Shown in pieces: positions 46,578 to 59,909 of a DNA stretch of 64,000 nucleotides (position 1 is its first letter; every line of letters starts with the position of its first letter). Made by a program: the position numbers and the translations under genes. This DNA is from Octopus vulgaris (taxonomy: Eukaryota), in the NCBI GenBank assembly GCA_951406725.2, contig OX597826.1:12834001-12898000 (forward strand). The letters are read 5' to 3'. A model generated the notes under the pieces. That model was given only the letters and a program-made list of their open reading frames with translations. It searched no databases and was not told the origin of the DNA.

Positions 46578-46929
46578 GAAGCGCATGGCTTAGTGGTTTT
46601 TAGTGTCGAACTCTTACTCTTTTACTCTTTTACTTGTTTCAGTCATTTGACTGAGGCCATGCTGGAACACCTCCTTTAATCGAGCAATCAATCTCAGAAC
46701 TTATTCTTTGTGAACCTAGTACTTATTCTATCGGTCTTTTTGCCGAAGCGCTAAGTTACGGAGACGTAAACACACCAGCATCGGTTGTCAAGCGATGTTG
46801 GTGTGTTTACGTCTCCGTAACTTAGCGCTTCGGTCTCTTTTGCCGAAGCGCTAAGTTACGGAGACGTAAACACACCAGCATCGGTTGTCAAGCGATGTTT
46901 GGGGAGGGGGGACAAACACAGACACTCAA

Positions 46930-46966
<37 letters not shown>

Positions 46967-46969
46967 TAC

Positions 46970-47040
<71 letters not shown>

Positions 47041-47335
47041 TATATGTACATATATGCGACGGGCTACTTTCAGTTTCCGTCTACCAAATCCACTCACAAG
47101 GCTTTGGTGGGTCCGAGGCTATAGTAGTAGAAGACACTTGCCCAAGGTGCCATGCAGTGAGACTGAACCCGGAACCATGTGGTTGGTAAGCAAGCTACTT
47201 ACCACACAGCCACTCCTACGCCTTGATCATAAGATTGTTATTTTGATCCCTGTACAGGGCAATGCGTTGCGTTTTTGAGGAACGTCCAGGTATGTGGGGA
47301 GTACATACGCCAGATAATATGGGGGACCGGCCTTA
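46578..47335. mobile_element. Group C SINE (+) interrupted by a full group B SINE (-, 46612-47222)
   Basis: gaagcgcatggcttagtggtt...gtcgaactc | group B copy | ttgatcataagattgttattttgatccctgtacagggcaatgcgttg. Confidence 0.8.
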
Positions 47336-47575
47336 TGGGTCTTATGTATAGGTGTATGTGAATCATTATTTTTATTTGTTATTGTCATATAATTTAATGG
47401 AATAACTAGATAACAAAAGTTGCTGGTATTTCTGTTATTTCATTACACTCGTTTCTTCAATCGATAATCAGTAATTAATAATTAGTACATATTATATCGA
47501 TTGAGAGCTTAATGTAGCCGTAACAGTGAACGTCAATCTTATTTGGCAATTTGTTGCTCACCTAACGCATCTACT

Positions 47576-47625
<50 letters not shown>

Positions 47626-49000
47626 AATAAACACAAACATACACACACACATTTACACTACACACACACTCACACACATATATGCATACATAGTGTCTGT
47701 CAACTCGTAGACGAGTATGACCATCACCGACAAATTACTTATCCTTGATGTTGCGTACTGTAGCTATGATCAATGCTTGTGCTAAAATTTGAAGTTAACG
47801 ACAGCTTTGCACAACATCACAATGATTCTCACCTACAAAACAAAGCTATCCAGAAACAAACAAATGCAAGAATATGATATTTGTAGTGGAACGGGTTTCA
47901 TTTCGTAGTTTCCTCCTCCTACAAAGACGTGACTAAACAAAGACTTGGGATCTCTCACTCTCAGCTGTCGGATGACCGTTAACTCTGTTGAGCTCATCCG
48001 CCCTTTGACACATTTTATTTTTAGTCCTGCATGGTGTCCAAATAAAGCTACATTCCTACCAAGCAGGCTTAGTAGGGTTGCCGGTTTAGTAGCTGACAGC
48101 CCAACTATGCTACAGGTTGTCCTCAGTTACATGGTACCAGTGGCACTACTTGTGATCTGACATACATGATGGCTGTTCCACGCGTGAACGAGGAAGGCCA
48201 TCACTGACTCTAAGAATATTGTGCACTCAAGAAGCAATACTCATAGAAAATGATATCAATGCTTGTGCAAAATTCTAGGTCCAATAAATCTTGAACGACA
48301 TCACAAAGATCATTACTATCCTTAAGTTGCAATGCTCATAGAAAATGGTAGCAATGCCTGTGCAAAATTCTTGGTCCAATAAATCTTGAAGAACATCTAA
48401 TAAACCCTCTCCATCCTATGGACATGATCCAGAGACAAACCGAGGCAAGGTATTTAATGCCAATATGGGTTGTTGTGTCAAGAATTTGTGAGCGCATTGA
48501 TCCCAAGCGCAAAGAAAAGATCTCCAGAATGTCCAATGGTACTCCCGGCATATCCGGTTTTATATCAAACTGAACTTTTCCTAGAGACATGCTTCAACTA
48601 AAGCTTAGGGTTGCCTCAATCCTAATAGCCTTCTAGCACGCGGACACCAACCCGGAATTTCAGAGTGTCAGGACTATTGCAAGATAATTGTTGAACATAT
48701 AATGGGTTCGTCCGTCCTTTTGACATTCTTGGTTTTAATCTTGCTGGGTTTCTAGCAACCATCTTCACTAAGCTAGCCTGGTGGGTTGCCAGTTTAGTCA
48801 GCGACAACCCGACCATGCAACAAGTTGTACTGGACTTCATTTCACCAGTACTCACAGGTGACCTGATTTGACATGCATACATACATACATACATACATAC
48901 ATACATACATACATACATACATACATACATACATACATACATAGATACATACATACATACTCTCGCACGTATTTATACAATGTTTAGAAAATGCACTTAC

Positions 49001-49137
49001 TTTAAGGTCTGGTGGTGTGACTACAACCAATTGCATCATATCATATTTTACAGACACTCGAACTCCAACGCCGGAACTGGTTAGAATAGTGAAATTGTCT
49101 TGTTTACCTTTTCGGCTATTATCAATAATTGCTACTT
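49001..49137 (-). CDS. SUSD2/Mesh-like exon D: VWD
   Basis: Acceptor gttttcag, donor gtaagt, phase 1/0. Translates QVAIIDNSRKGKQDNFTILTSSGVGVRVSVKYDMMQLVVVTPPDLK. Confidence 0.88.
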
Positions 49138-49639
49138 CTGAAAACAATTGAAATTTTAAAAATATTTGTAGCGGAGTAAAGAACTTACAAAGCTTCAAAA
49201 TAGAAAATTAATAAAAAGGAAAAGAAAAGATTAATTATCAGTTATTATTAATGCAATACTTTGGGGGAATCTTAAAGATAATGCACTTTATATTTTTATC
49301 AAAATATTTTTATTGTTCTTGATTCATAATGCTTTTGCTATGACGGCCGTGGACTTTCGCTGAGAAAATCTTTCATCTATTAAACCACCAACAACAACAA
49401 TATCATCATCATCATCATCATCATCATAGTGTTGCCATTATTTTCGTCTTTTCCTTTATAATTATTATTGTTGTTTTAGCCATCAGTAAATGGTTGCTGT
49501 TGAGCAACAACTAAGTCCCAGCTTTTATTGAAAAGACAATTTTTCTACACTAATACCTCGAAAACACCACGGAATGTATGAATATCTCCAGAATGTATTT
49601 CCCTTACCCTAAAAACTATGGTTTTGTATCCATGTGAAC

Positions 49640-50000
49640 ATTCAATTTGTTACGATACTCTCTTGACTGTCCTCTAATAGAAAAGGTTGATAGTAACTCT
49701 AAAAGTATATTTGCTTCAGGGACAGTAATTCGATATTTCAAAACTATGAATGATCTGAGATATGGACACCAAAGAGAATTAAAGTTTTGGACAAGTTTCA
49801 CAAAAGGAAACAGGAATAATCCTGAAGCTGGAGAAGTTCTTCTAATCCACAAGGAATTCTTTGGGTCTGTTTATACAAGGATTGTTTTTGTACGACATGT
49901 CACCAACAACTGTTGTATGAAATATAGATCTTTGCGATTTCGGTGAAGGACAATTAAGTTGTGTAAGGTCTATAGCTTTGCGGAATTGCGTCTAAGGGGA
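49640..50000 (+). mobile_element. Decayed RTE-like LINE fragment
   Basis: SEIWTPKRIKVLDKFH and HQQLLYE resemble the RTE C-terminal motifs GSETWT...LDxFH and PKQLLYG. Confidence 0.4.
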
Positions 50001-50087
50001 ATTCGAGACAGTCTCGTGAGTAGAAATCCCCGAAACTTTAGCTGCACACACCAGCCATCACTAACAAGGGCTTCATCGGACATAGAA

Positions 50088-50596
50088 TAGTCCGCCCTTG
50101 AGTATAATACGCAGGGAATTTTTAAGGGGCTGTACTTCTGAAAAACCTAAACCTTGTGTATAATACGCACCCCTTCTCTAACATAAGTCGTGCGTAATTA
50201 AGCCAGCAGCAACCTAGTCGAACAAACACTTCTGTGCATGCGTAATACAATAATGGTGATGTTCTCAGCTGTTAAATGGGAATGTAAATATGTTTGCAGA
50301 TTGTCTTTGTTACATGTTATTCTGTGTTCTGAATACTTTTTATTTTAATAAATGTTGCTTACTGCAAGTTATGGATGATTCTTTTATGACTTCATTGCTC
50401 TCAGGCTTAGCTTAAGGTATTTTCGCGCCCGACATCACAAAATGCGTTTGAATAAACATTGCCGGACAGCAAATAGAGACTCGGACATTGCTTAGAAAAT
50501 ATTTTCCATTTTTAACCTCGTATATAGTAGGCACTAGGGATTTTGACCTTTAAATTTTGGGGGGAAAATGCGGATTATACTCGAGGATTTACGGTA
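50088..50596. mobile_element. Tc1/mariner-superfamily (Tc2/pogo-like) MITE, left TIR clipped
   Basis: Right end gcggattatactcgaggatttacggta; left end atagtccgc...; internal gtataatacgca repeats. Confidence 0.65.
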
Positions 50597-50821
50597 TTTT
50601 AGATATATGTTATATTTACATAACCACCCTACTTAATTATAATAATATTGTTTATCTAATCCATATCATTAGGGAGTAAATGAAATCAGTATCTCTCAAA
50701 AACAGCGAGACTAAACAAGTTAACACCGGAAGTAAATCTAGTGAGACCCCTAAAAACAATTACCATTTGGGGGTCTCCTGCAACCATATTAGTGACATAC
50801 GATGCATTTCCACATTTTATG

Positions 50822-51015
50822 TTTTATCTTTTACTTTTGTCGGTCATTAAACTGCGGCCATGCTGTGCTTTGAAACAGTTTCAGTCGAATGAATCGATCC
50901 CAGTACATTATTTTTCTTAAGCCTCGTACTTATTCTATCGGTTACTTTTGCCGGACTCCTAAGTTACGGGGATGTAAACACACCAAAACTGGTTCTCAAG
51001 CGATGATGGGGACAA

Positions 51016-51050
<35 letters not shown>

Positions 51051-51428
51051 ATAAAATACAAAATGGGACAAGAACGCAAAACATCCGGGCAACTAGGTGA
51101 TACAAAAGGGGACAACAAAACATCCAGATAGACGATACAAAAAAACATGCACTGGTCATTCGAACCCTTTTATCTTCAGTCAAGAACCGGATCATCCTCG
51201 CAATTTCGGCTGATTAATCTTGAGATTGCTCCTATCTGACCAGCCCCAAGGAAAAGCTAAGCTATGTATACGACTGGCTTCTTTCAGTTTCCGTCTATTA
51301 AATCCACTCACAAGGTTTTGGTCAGCCCGTGGCTATAGTAGAAGACACTTGCTCAAGGTGTCACGCAGTGGGACTGGACCTGGAACCGTATTGTTGGGAA
51401 GCAGGTTTCTTACCACACAGTCACGCCT
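50822..51428 (-). mobile_element. Group B SINE with a foreign insert of about 220 bp in its microsatellite
   Basis: Group B tail 50822-51030 and head 51268-51428; unrelated sequence 51050-51265. Confidence 0.8.
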
Positions 51429-52229
51429 GAAAGTTCTCATCTGAATATAAAACGTCCAAACAACTGTTCGTATCCTACCATAAGTAAAGACAATCTCCTC
51501 CCTTTTAACGACCCCAAATGAAGAATTAGAAAGAAAAGAAACCCACACGAGTAATACGTGTGTACGACAAACCTAATTATTGTAGTGCACTTCTTCTAGC
51601 GTTCTTTTATACCACCGACTCCAGCACCCACAATAACATAATGTTATTAATGTATAATTATACGTGATTTCTTAAATATGATAATTAAATATTGAAAGCT
51701 GAGTAAAAGACAAAAGCATCAAACGCAAAGAATACAAAATAATAACCACATATTAACTGATCTATAATTAGAATATTTTTTTTAAAATATTTATGATTAT
51801 TTTCTTGTTCTTGTATTAATCGTAAGTGACGCTGGCAATAATCTATATAGCTTCTTCTAAAGTAATTATCATAACACAGTAATTAGTTGAAAACTGATAA
51901 TATGTTTCAATGTAAGTGTAAATATTAATTGATATCTTAAATCAGAATCAAAGACTTTAGCATTGTGGCCTTTGGTAACTTAAATTTGGATTTTCAAAAC
52001 AAATATTTATTCAATGCGAAAATATTGAAAATCTCATTGATTTTTCGAAAAAATGTATCAAATCTGTTTTTATATAAACAACGCTGACTGAACTTAATTT
52101 CAGATGTCTGTATGTGTGGATCCTCACATTAGAAATGTAAGTTTGTTTGAATTTTGAATTTCTTATTTTTATGTGTGTGTCTTTATTATACAGAAAAATT
52201 ATGTGTATATGTGCATGTGTGTGTTTGCG

Positions 52230-52287
<58 letters not shown>

Positions 52288-52297
52288 GATGAGGTTA

Positions 52298-52612
52298 GTG
52301 AAGGCGCATGGCTCAGTGGTTAGAGCGTCGAGCTTACGATCGTGAGGTTGTGAGCTCGAATCCCGGACAGGGCTGCGTGTTGTGCTCTTGAGTAAGACAC
52401 TTTATTTCACGTTGCTCCAGTTCACTCAGATGCCAAGCCGTATCGGCCCCTTTGCCTTTCCCTTGAATAACACTGGTGGCATAGAGAGGGGAGGCCGGTA
52501 TACATGGGCGACTGCTGGTCTTCCATAAACAACCTTGCCCGGACTTGTGCCTGGGAGGGTAACTTTCTAGGTGCAATCCCATGGTCAGTGTCGTGACCGA
52601 AGGGGATCCCCG
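52298..52612 (+). mobile_element. Group C SINE (body 1, tail W)
   Basis: Clean A and B boxes; 13-bp TSD actgatgaggtta; tail also present alone at 34856-34998. Confidence 0.9.
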
Positions 52613-52736
52613 ACTGATGAGGTTAAATATTAACGTCTGTGAATTTGAGCATATCCATAAATATTAACAGTATTGATTAGAGATTTTCGTTATAGTTACA
52701 GTAACACGAAAGAAACTTTATAAATAAAATTCTTAC

Positions 52737-52913
52737 GTCTGTGAATTTGAGCATATCCATTTTCCTCATTAAAGTGTAGATATTCATTATTCACGGAAAT
52801 ATCAAGGACATATTCATCTGTATGAGGGTACCTCATTCTTATTTCAACGTTGCTTTCTTGTTGGGATCGTATAGCCACTGCTACCAGACTGGTGAATTGT
52901 TTGGGCACAGAAG
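52737..52913 (-). CDS. SUSD2/Mesh-like exon C: VWD
   Basis: Acceptor tttgtag, donor gtaaga, phase 1/1. Translates SSVPKQFTSLVAVAIRSQQESNVEIRMRYPHTDEYVLDISVNNEYLHFNEENGYAQIHR. Confidence 0.88.
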
Positions 52914-53081
52914 CTACAAATTAGAAAACATACAATACAGATTTATTTGTCTCATATAAGTAATAAACCCTTCAACTGTTTGTTCGCTGAGGAGGAATAA
53001 CGAGGCCGAAATATACTCATAGTTATTACCGTACAAACAGACAAACTCCTCATTACATGTTACCTTTAAAATTTTAACCAG

Positions 53082-53250
53082 TAGGCGTAGGAGTGGCTGT
53101 GTGGTAAGTAGCTTGCTTACCAACCACATGGATCTGGGTTCAGTCCCACTGCATGGCACCTTGGGCAAGTGTCTTCTTGGGCCGACCAAAGCCTTGTGAG
53201 TGGATTTGGTAGGCGGAAACTGAAAGACACACATCGTATATATGTACATA

Positions 53251-53283
<33 letters not shown>

Positions 53284-53470
53284 TTGTCCCCACAACATCG
53301 CTTGACAACCGATGCTGGTGTGTTTACGTTCCCGTAACTTAGTGGTTCGGCAAAAGAGATCGATAGAATAAGTACTAGGCTTACAAAGAATAAGTCCTGG
53401 GGTCGATTTGCTCGGCGAAAGGCGATACTCCAGCATGGCCACAGTCAAATGACTGAAACAAGTAAAGGAG
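53082..53470 (+). mobile_element. Full group B SINE
   Basis: aggcgtaggagtggctgtgtggtaag...gggttcagtccc...ccttgggcaagtgtcttct...gactgaaacaagtaaa. Confidence 0.92.
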
Positions 53471-54077
53471 AGTTTTAATTTTGAAGTTTTCTCTCTAGCT
53501 TTTCTAGAAAACAATTCTCATTAAGGGTTTCCTAATAGTTATAGATAACGTTATTTCGCTCTTCTTCTGAGCTCCTCAGCGCTAATGATTATTTTCTTTT
53601 CTTATTACGGGTGTATTTTCAATAGGTTTCAAATTCTTTTTACGATTGCATTACGTTAACCCACTCCTACCCAGGAATTTGCGGTGTTCTTTTTACTTTC
53701 AAGACTGTTTGTAGCGATATGAAAGAGATTTAACTGTTGTTTCTAGAAAATCTTGCGACCACGTACAGTCGTGTTCTCGGGCTCGAAGCATCGTTATATG
53801 TAGTTGCTGATAATCAGATAAAATCTGATAACTATGATTATACTATTTTTCCTTTCAAATCCATTGGTTTTCACTCCTCAGTTATCATATCACATTGTTC
53901 ACCATTTTAGATATCAATAGTTAGCGAAACCAGTAAGATGTACAGAGGTCAAAATAGTTGGTCCCTTGTAGAATGAGTTAGGATTTTGTTCTCATGTAGT
54001 AACTAATTGATGTACATTGAAAGGGTTTCTGAATAGAAACTAGGTCTCTCTGCTAATGAAGCTCTCACATATTCTTT

Positions 54078-54470
54078 TTTCCTCTAGGCACAAGGCCTGA
54101 AACTTTTGGAGAGGTGGGGTCAGTCAATTAAATCGATCCCAGTAATTCACTGGTACTTAATTTATCGACTCTGAAAGGATGAAAGGCAGTGTCGACCTCG
54201 GCGGAATTTGAACTCATAACGTAAGGACAAACGAAATACCTTTTTCTTTATTACCCACAAGGGGCTAAACACAGAGGGGAGAAACAAGGACAGACAGACG
54301 GATTAAGTCGATTATATCGACCCCAGTGCGTAACAGGTACTTATTTAATCGACTCCGAAAGGATGAAAGGCAAAGTCGACCTCGGCGGAATCTGAACTCA
54401 GAACGTAACGGCAGACGAAATACGGCTAGGCATTTCGCCCGGCCTGCTAATGTTTCTGCCAGCTCGCCGC
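54078..54470 (-). mobile_element. Group A SINE heterodimer (two different tails)
   Basis: First unit has the gtccttgtt tail; second has the aggccttgtgcctagagg tail. Confidence 0.85.
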
Positions 54471-54653
54471 ATATTAAATGCACGCCTTGCACTTTATGTT
54501 GCTGAATTCTACTTTCTTCTCATATTGTATGCATAATTAATTCCTTTCATCTTTTGAATTTTATAATATCGTGAATGGGAAAGCAGTTTAATTATCAGTT
54601 TCGAAAGAACAACCAATCAGCTAACGCAATATGAAAAGATACTCTCTCTCTCA

Positions 54654-54723
<70 letters not shown>

Positions 54724-54742
54724 CTCTCTCTCTCTCTCTCAC

Positions 54743-54792
<50 letters not shown>

Positions 54793-55049
54793 TAGATAGA
54801 TAGATAGATAGAAATACATGTATATATAAACATATTTGTATGTTTATATATATTATATATATATATGTATATGTATATATATACTATATACATAGAGGCA
54901 AAAATATTTTCCTAAATTCACACACACGCACATATACACACATATATAAAACATGAATAAATATACATATATACATAAATGTATGCCTACATAATACAAG
55001 TATACCTACTTATATACATTCACACTAATTTACAAAAGCATATACGTAC

Positions 55050-55715
55050 GTACATATATGTATGTACGTATGTATGTATGATGTATGTATGTATGTATGT
55101 ATGTATTATGTATGTATGTATATGTAAGCATGTATGTATGTATGTATGTATGTATGTATGTATGTATGTATGTGTGTATGTGTGTATGTATGTATTATGT
55201 ATGTATGTATGTATGTATGTATGTATGTATGTATTATGTATGTATGTATGTATGTATGTATGTATTATGTATGTATGTATGTATGTATGTAAGCATGTAT
55301 GTATGTATGTATGTATGTATGTATGTGTGAATGTATGTATGTATGTGTGAATGTATGTATGTATGTATGTATGTGTGAATGTATGCATGTATGTATACAT
55401 GTATGTATGTATGTATGTATTATGTATGTATGTATGTATGTATTCATGCATGTATGTATGTATGTATGTATGTATGTATGTATGTATGTATGTATGTATG
55501 TATGTATGCATGTATGTATATATGTATGCATGTATGTATGTAAGCATGTATTATGTATGTATGCATGTGTGCATGTATGTATGTATGTATGTATACATGT
55601 ATGTATGTATGTATGATGTATGTATGTATGTATGTATGTATGTATACATGTATGTATGCATGTATGTATACATGTATGTATGTATGTATGTATGTATTAT
55701 GTATGTATGTGTATG
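55050..55715. repeat. Long degenerate (TATG)n tract
   Basis: Direct reading. Confidence 0.97.
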
Positions 55716-55797
55716 TCTGTGCGGACGTGTGTGAATTAAAAATAATTTTAGAAAGTTAATTTACAAATTATGGAAGAAAAATGGGTTTAAAGCGTAC

Positions 55798-55941
55798 ATG
55801 CAACGTTGGGAGACCGATCGAAATCTCCTTGAAGCAGGAAGTTCTTATCGTCTGATTGAAGGAGCCAGTACATGCCGAGGATCTGCATCGTGTAATTTTT
55901 CCCATCAAATGTGATTACATGAGGATCTCCGAATAGAACAC
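55798..55941 (-). CDS. SUSD2/Mesh-like exon B: start of VWD domain with GDPH motif
   Basis: Acceptor tattttcag, donor gtacgc, phase 1 matches exon A. Translates SVLFGDPHVITFDGKNYTMQILGMYWLLQSDDKNFLLQGDFDRSPNVA. Confidence 0.92.
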
Positions 55942-56157
55942 CTGAAAATATTGCAAACATACACCAAATAAGTTACTTGCTCTCTTTCGCTTTTGTTGCT
56001 TTCTTACCTTATTATTTCTTTTCGTTTTTTTTTTTTTAATTGAGAAAACTTATTTTCTGAGACAAAAGCAGAATTTGTTTTAACTGATTTCCCTGAATGG
56101 AAGCAACTTGAATATTATTGTTTCCATAGATTTTCAAGAGATTCCAGATAAACGGTA

Positions 56158-56432
<275 letters not shown>

Positions 56433-57558
56433 CATCTTTTCTACTCTGGGCACAAGACTCAAAATCTTTGGGTGGGAGGCCAGTCGAGAGATCGATCCCA
56501 GTACGCAACTGGTACTTAATTTATCGACCCCCGAAAGGCTAAAAAGCAAAGTCGAACTCGGTGATGTTTCAACTCAGAACGCAAACACGGACGAAATGCT
56601 ATCGATCCTGCCAGCCTCTAATTTCGTTCCTACCACATCAGCATTCAACCCTCGCTTATATAATATCATCGCCCTAGAATCGACAAAGTATGTATCGGCT
56701 AGAGTTTTTACTATTCAGATTTCTAATACTTTTACATTGAGGATAGGTTTTAATATCCACAGCGTTACAGACTGGGAAGATAATCGTGGCTGATTCAATG
56801 CTTGAACGACTCAGATAAATGCCCTCAGTAGAAAATAAACTCAAAATCTACTCGAATGCCAGCAAAATTTGGACTTCATTAATGGCGCAGAATCTCACGC
56901 GCTTTTGTTGTCTAACTCCAGCTCAACTCATGTTTGATCTATGACCAAAGCTATCTCCGGAATGACTAGCACATTTTTTTCACTATAAGACTATATTATT
57001 GATTCCAACACGCCCGAAACCGGCTCTGGTTCTATGATACAAACTCTCTGCTTCAAAAGCAATCTATATTAGAACCTTCGATCGCAATTTCACGTTAATT
57101 TATCTTTCAGATATCCGTTTAGTAGTGACACTCAATTTGCTAAAGCCTTCATTATTTTCAAAATTAATTGAAACAATGAAGGTATAATTTAACATAAAAA
57201 TGTTAAGCCGGTCGGTGAATAGGTCTACCATTGTTCTGGCTATTGCTGCTATTTCTGCGATCGAATAGCTAAGGTAAGTTGTGACATTCTTGCATAAAAG
57301 TTAATCGTAATCTTCCATGAATGACTGACTTATCTTGTATTTTGAATATAAGTTTCTTTTGTTCTCCGTAAAACCCCATAAAGATAATTGTTTCCTCTTT
57401 GAGCTTTCAAAACTACATTCAGCGTTCTAGAATTTGGTATTTCAAAGACACACTCTTGTAGAAAGCGTTTCAGGCGCAAATATCACTGAACATTCTGTAT
57501 ATAATACCTCCAATACGGCTACCTACGTGTATGTATATCGATGAAGGATATATGGATG

Positions 57559-57618
<60 letters not shown>

Positions 57619-57682
57619 AATATATATACATATATTTGTATTATATATACTTATAAATATATGCATACATATATATTTATCG

Positions 57683-57716
<34 letters not shown>

Positions 57717-57747
57717 ATAGTCACATAAATATTCATATATTCATACA

Positions 57748-57788
<41 letters not shown>

Positions 57789-57837
57789 CGGCTGTTAAAT
57801 GACGGTGATAATGACGATGATGATGATGATGATGGTG

Positions 57838-57902
<65 letters not shown>

Positions 57903-58715
57903 TTGTAAAAATACATACACTCACATATGTGTATGTGCGTGTTTGTGTCTATGGATGGCTTCGTGAAACTAAGTATAACGAAATAATATGTGCATTTCCT
58001 ATTATATAAGTTGGCACAAATTTGTCTCATGGGGTTGGCAGCGCTGAGACCACTCATGTGTTGTCAGTATTTGTCTCTTTCAAGATATATCGGATATTTT
58101 CCTGCAAGTGTCTACCAACTTTATGCGATAATTCAGCAGTTCTTTCCATGCTGCTGATATTGGTATGTGATAGCAACTAAGATTTCTTATAGGACATTTT
58201 AATATCAACCATCTCTTTTTAGCTTGGAAGTGTATCATCTCTATTCTGAATTTTCAATTATCATTCTAACCTTTACCGTTTGAGTTCAGTCTTTTGTATT
58301 TAATCATATTTTAATATATATTGTATTCTGCGGCTAACTACCTATCTTGTCAATTACTTCTGACGCTGATATCAATTCTAATATCTCCATTTTCAAAGCG
58401 ATACGAAAGTTCATCTAAAGCTACCTATTCCATCACTCCTTTCCTTTTAATAACACTTTTTCAGCACGACTCTAGGATATCTCCTCATTTCTAATCAACA
58501 TACACCTAATATCAACCCAGAGTGATTTAGTTCCAAACACTAGTTTGACGTGGGCGACCACTTACCTCAACATCACACTTCTATTATAAGCGAATCTTTG
58601 GAACATCACCGCTTGACCCAACTTGGTTTCGGCCAAATTTCAGATACATATTCCTTTCAATATACGTGAGTGTGTATATGTGTATGCATGTATGTAATGT
58701 GTATGTGTGTGCGCT

Positions 58716-58762
<47 letters not shown>

Positions 58763-58911
58763 TCAGCAAAATTTAGATTCAGATGAATATGGTACTTAAG
58801 TTAAAGGCACTAGAGTTTTGTATGGTATTACCCCTATAAATCAAATGGGAAGATTATAATCAAAATAAGCAACAAGTATATCCAACGTAGAGTCATTCTA
58901 TAAATTCTATA

Positions 58912-58999
58912 AGTGGCTGAAGATTGCTCGACATTTTAAAACTGATGTAATACTTACAGTGTTTAATAAAATGAAGTAGCATGAAACAATTGTACTACT
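58912..58999 (+). ncRNA. Type I hammerhead ribozyme (canonical core) within fold-back element 58770-59030
   Basis: Stem I agtgg/ctact; CUGAAGA 58917-58923; long stem II tgct...catttta...taaaatg...agca; GAAA; palindromic CAAUUG; GUA cleavage after 58994. Confidence 0.78.
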
Positions 59000-59375
59000 C
59001 TACCTTGGATATACTTGTTGCTTATTTTGAGATATATATATGCATATGTGTATGTGTGACCGTGTGCATATATGTATGATATTCCTTTACTTTCTAAAGT
59101 GTTCTTATACCGTCCTTATAAATGGAATCTTTGTTATTGGTAATCAATGTTTAGCTTCGAAACCTTGATTTTCTGGTTCGATAAAATAAAGTACCAGGTT
59201 AAATACTTGTCTTGAAGTAATCGACTAACCCCTGTCCCTATAACTATTGCTGCCTTTGTGCCAAAATTCGAAAGAATTTGTATTATTGCTATTGTTGTTG
59301 TCGTTAATCATTGTTAGTATTCCTCAAAGTGCACGTACCCAATCATCAAATAAAATGCGCATTGTTTTATGAATG

Positions 59376-59756
59376 ACTACCACTCCATCGGTTACGACGA
59401 TGAGGATTCCGGTTGATCCGATCAAAGGAACAGCCTGCTCGTGAAATTAACGTGCAAGTGGCTGACCACTCTACAGGCACCTGTACACTTAACGTAGTTC
59501 TCGGCGAAATTCAGCGTGACACAGAGTGTGACGAGGCTGGCCCCTTTGAAATACAGGTACAACAGAAACAGGAAGAAAGAGTGAGAGAAAGTTGTGGTGA
59601 AAGAGTACAGCAGGGTTCACCACCACCTGCCGGAGCCACGTGGGGCTTTAGGTGTTTTCGCTCAATAAACACTCACAACGCCCGGTCTGGGAATCGAAAC
59701 CGCGATCCTAAGACCGCGAGTCCGCTGTCCTAACCACTGGGCCATTGCGCCTCCAC
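59376..59756 (-). mobile_element. Group C SINE (body 2, tail X)
   Basis: tRNA head gaggcgcaatggcccagtggttagg...gtttcgattccc; TSD ttttatgaat. Confidence 0.9.
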
Positions 59757-59909
59757 TATTTTATGAATAGTACATATCTTGCAATGAATATCCTTATAAG
59801 TACTATCTCTGGCGGCTATATTCATATGTAGCGTCCGTAAATATTGAAGTACCCGTATTCTGCGTCCGTAAATATTGAGGTACCCGTCTTCGGCTATGAC
59901 GAATTATCG

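Noticed and set aside
52298-52372. tRNA-like sequences (also 5083, 31537, 36196, 59690)
   Set aside because: They continue into repeat bodies with TSDs and lack an acceptor stem; they are SINE heads, not tRNA genes.
52285-52625. ctgatgag motifs resembling a hammerhead core
   Set aside because: Part of a SINE target-site duplication; no stem II-GAAA follows.
58020-58560. Possible decayed LINE RT on the minus strand
   Set aside because: No motif could be read with enough confidence.
59831-59888. Short direct repeats (also 2998-3040, 33066-33102, 42863-42916) as CRISPR-like arrays
   Set aside because: Only two units, no regular spacers, eukaryotic context; ordinary local duplications.
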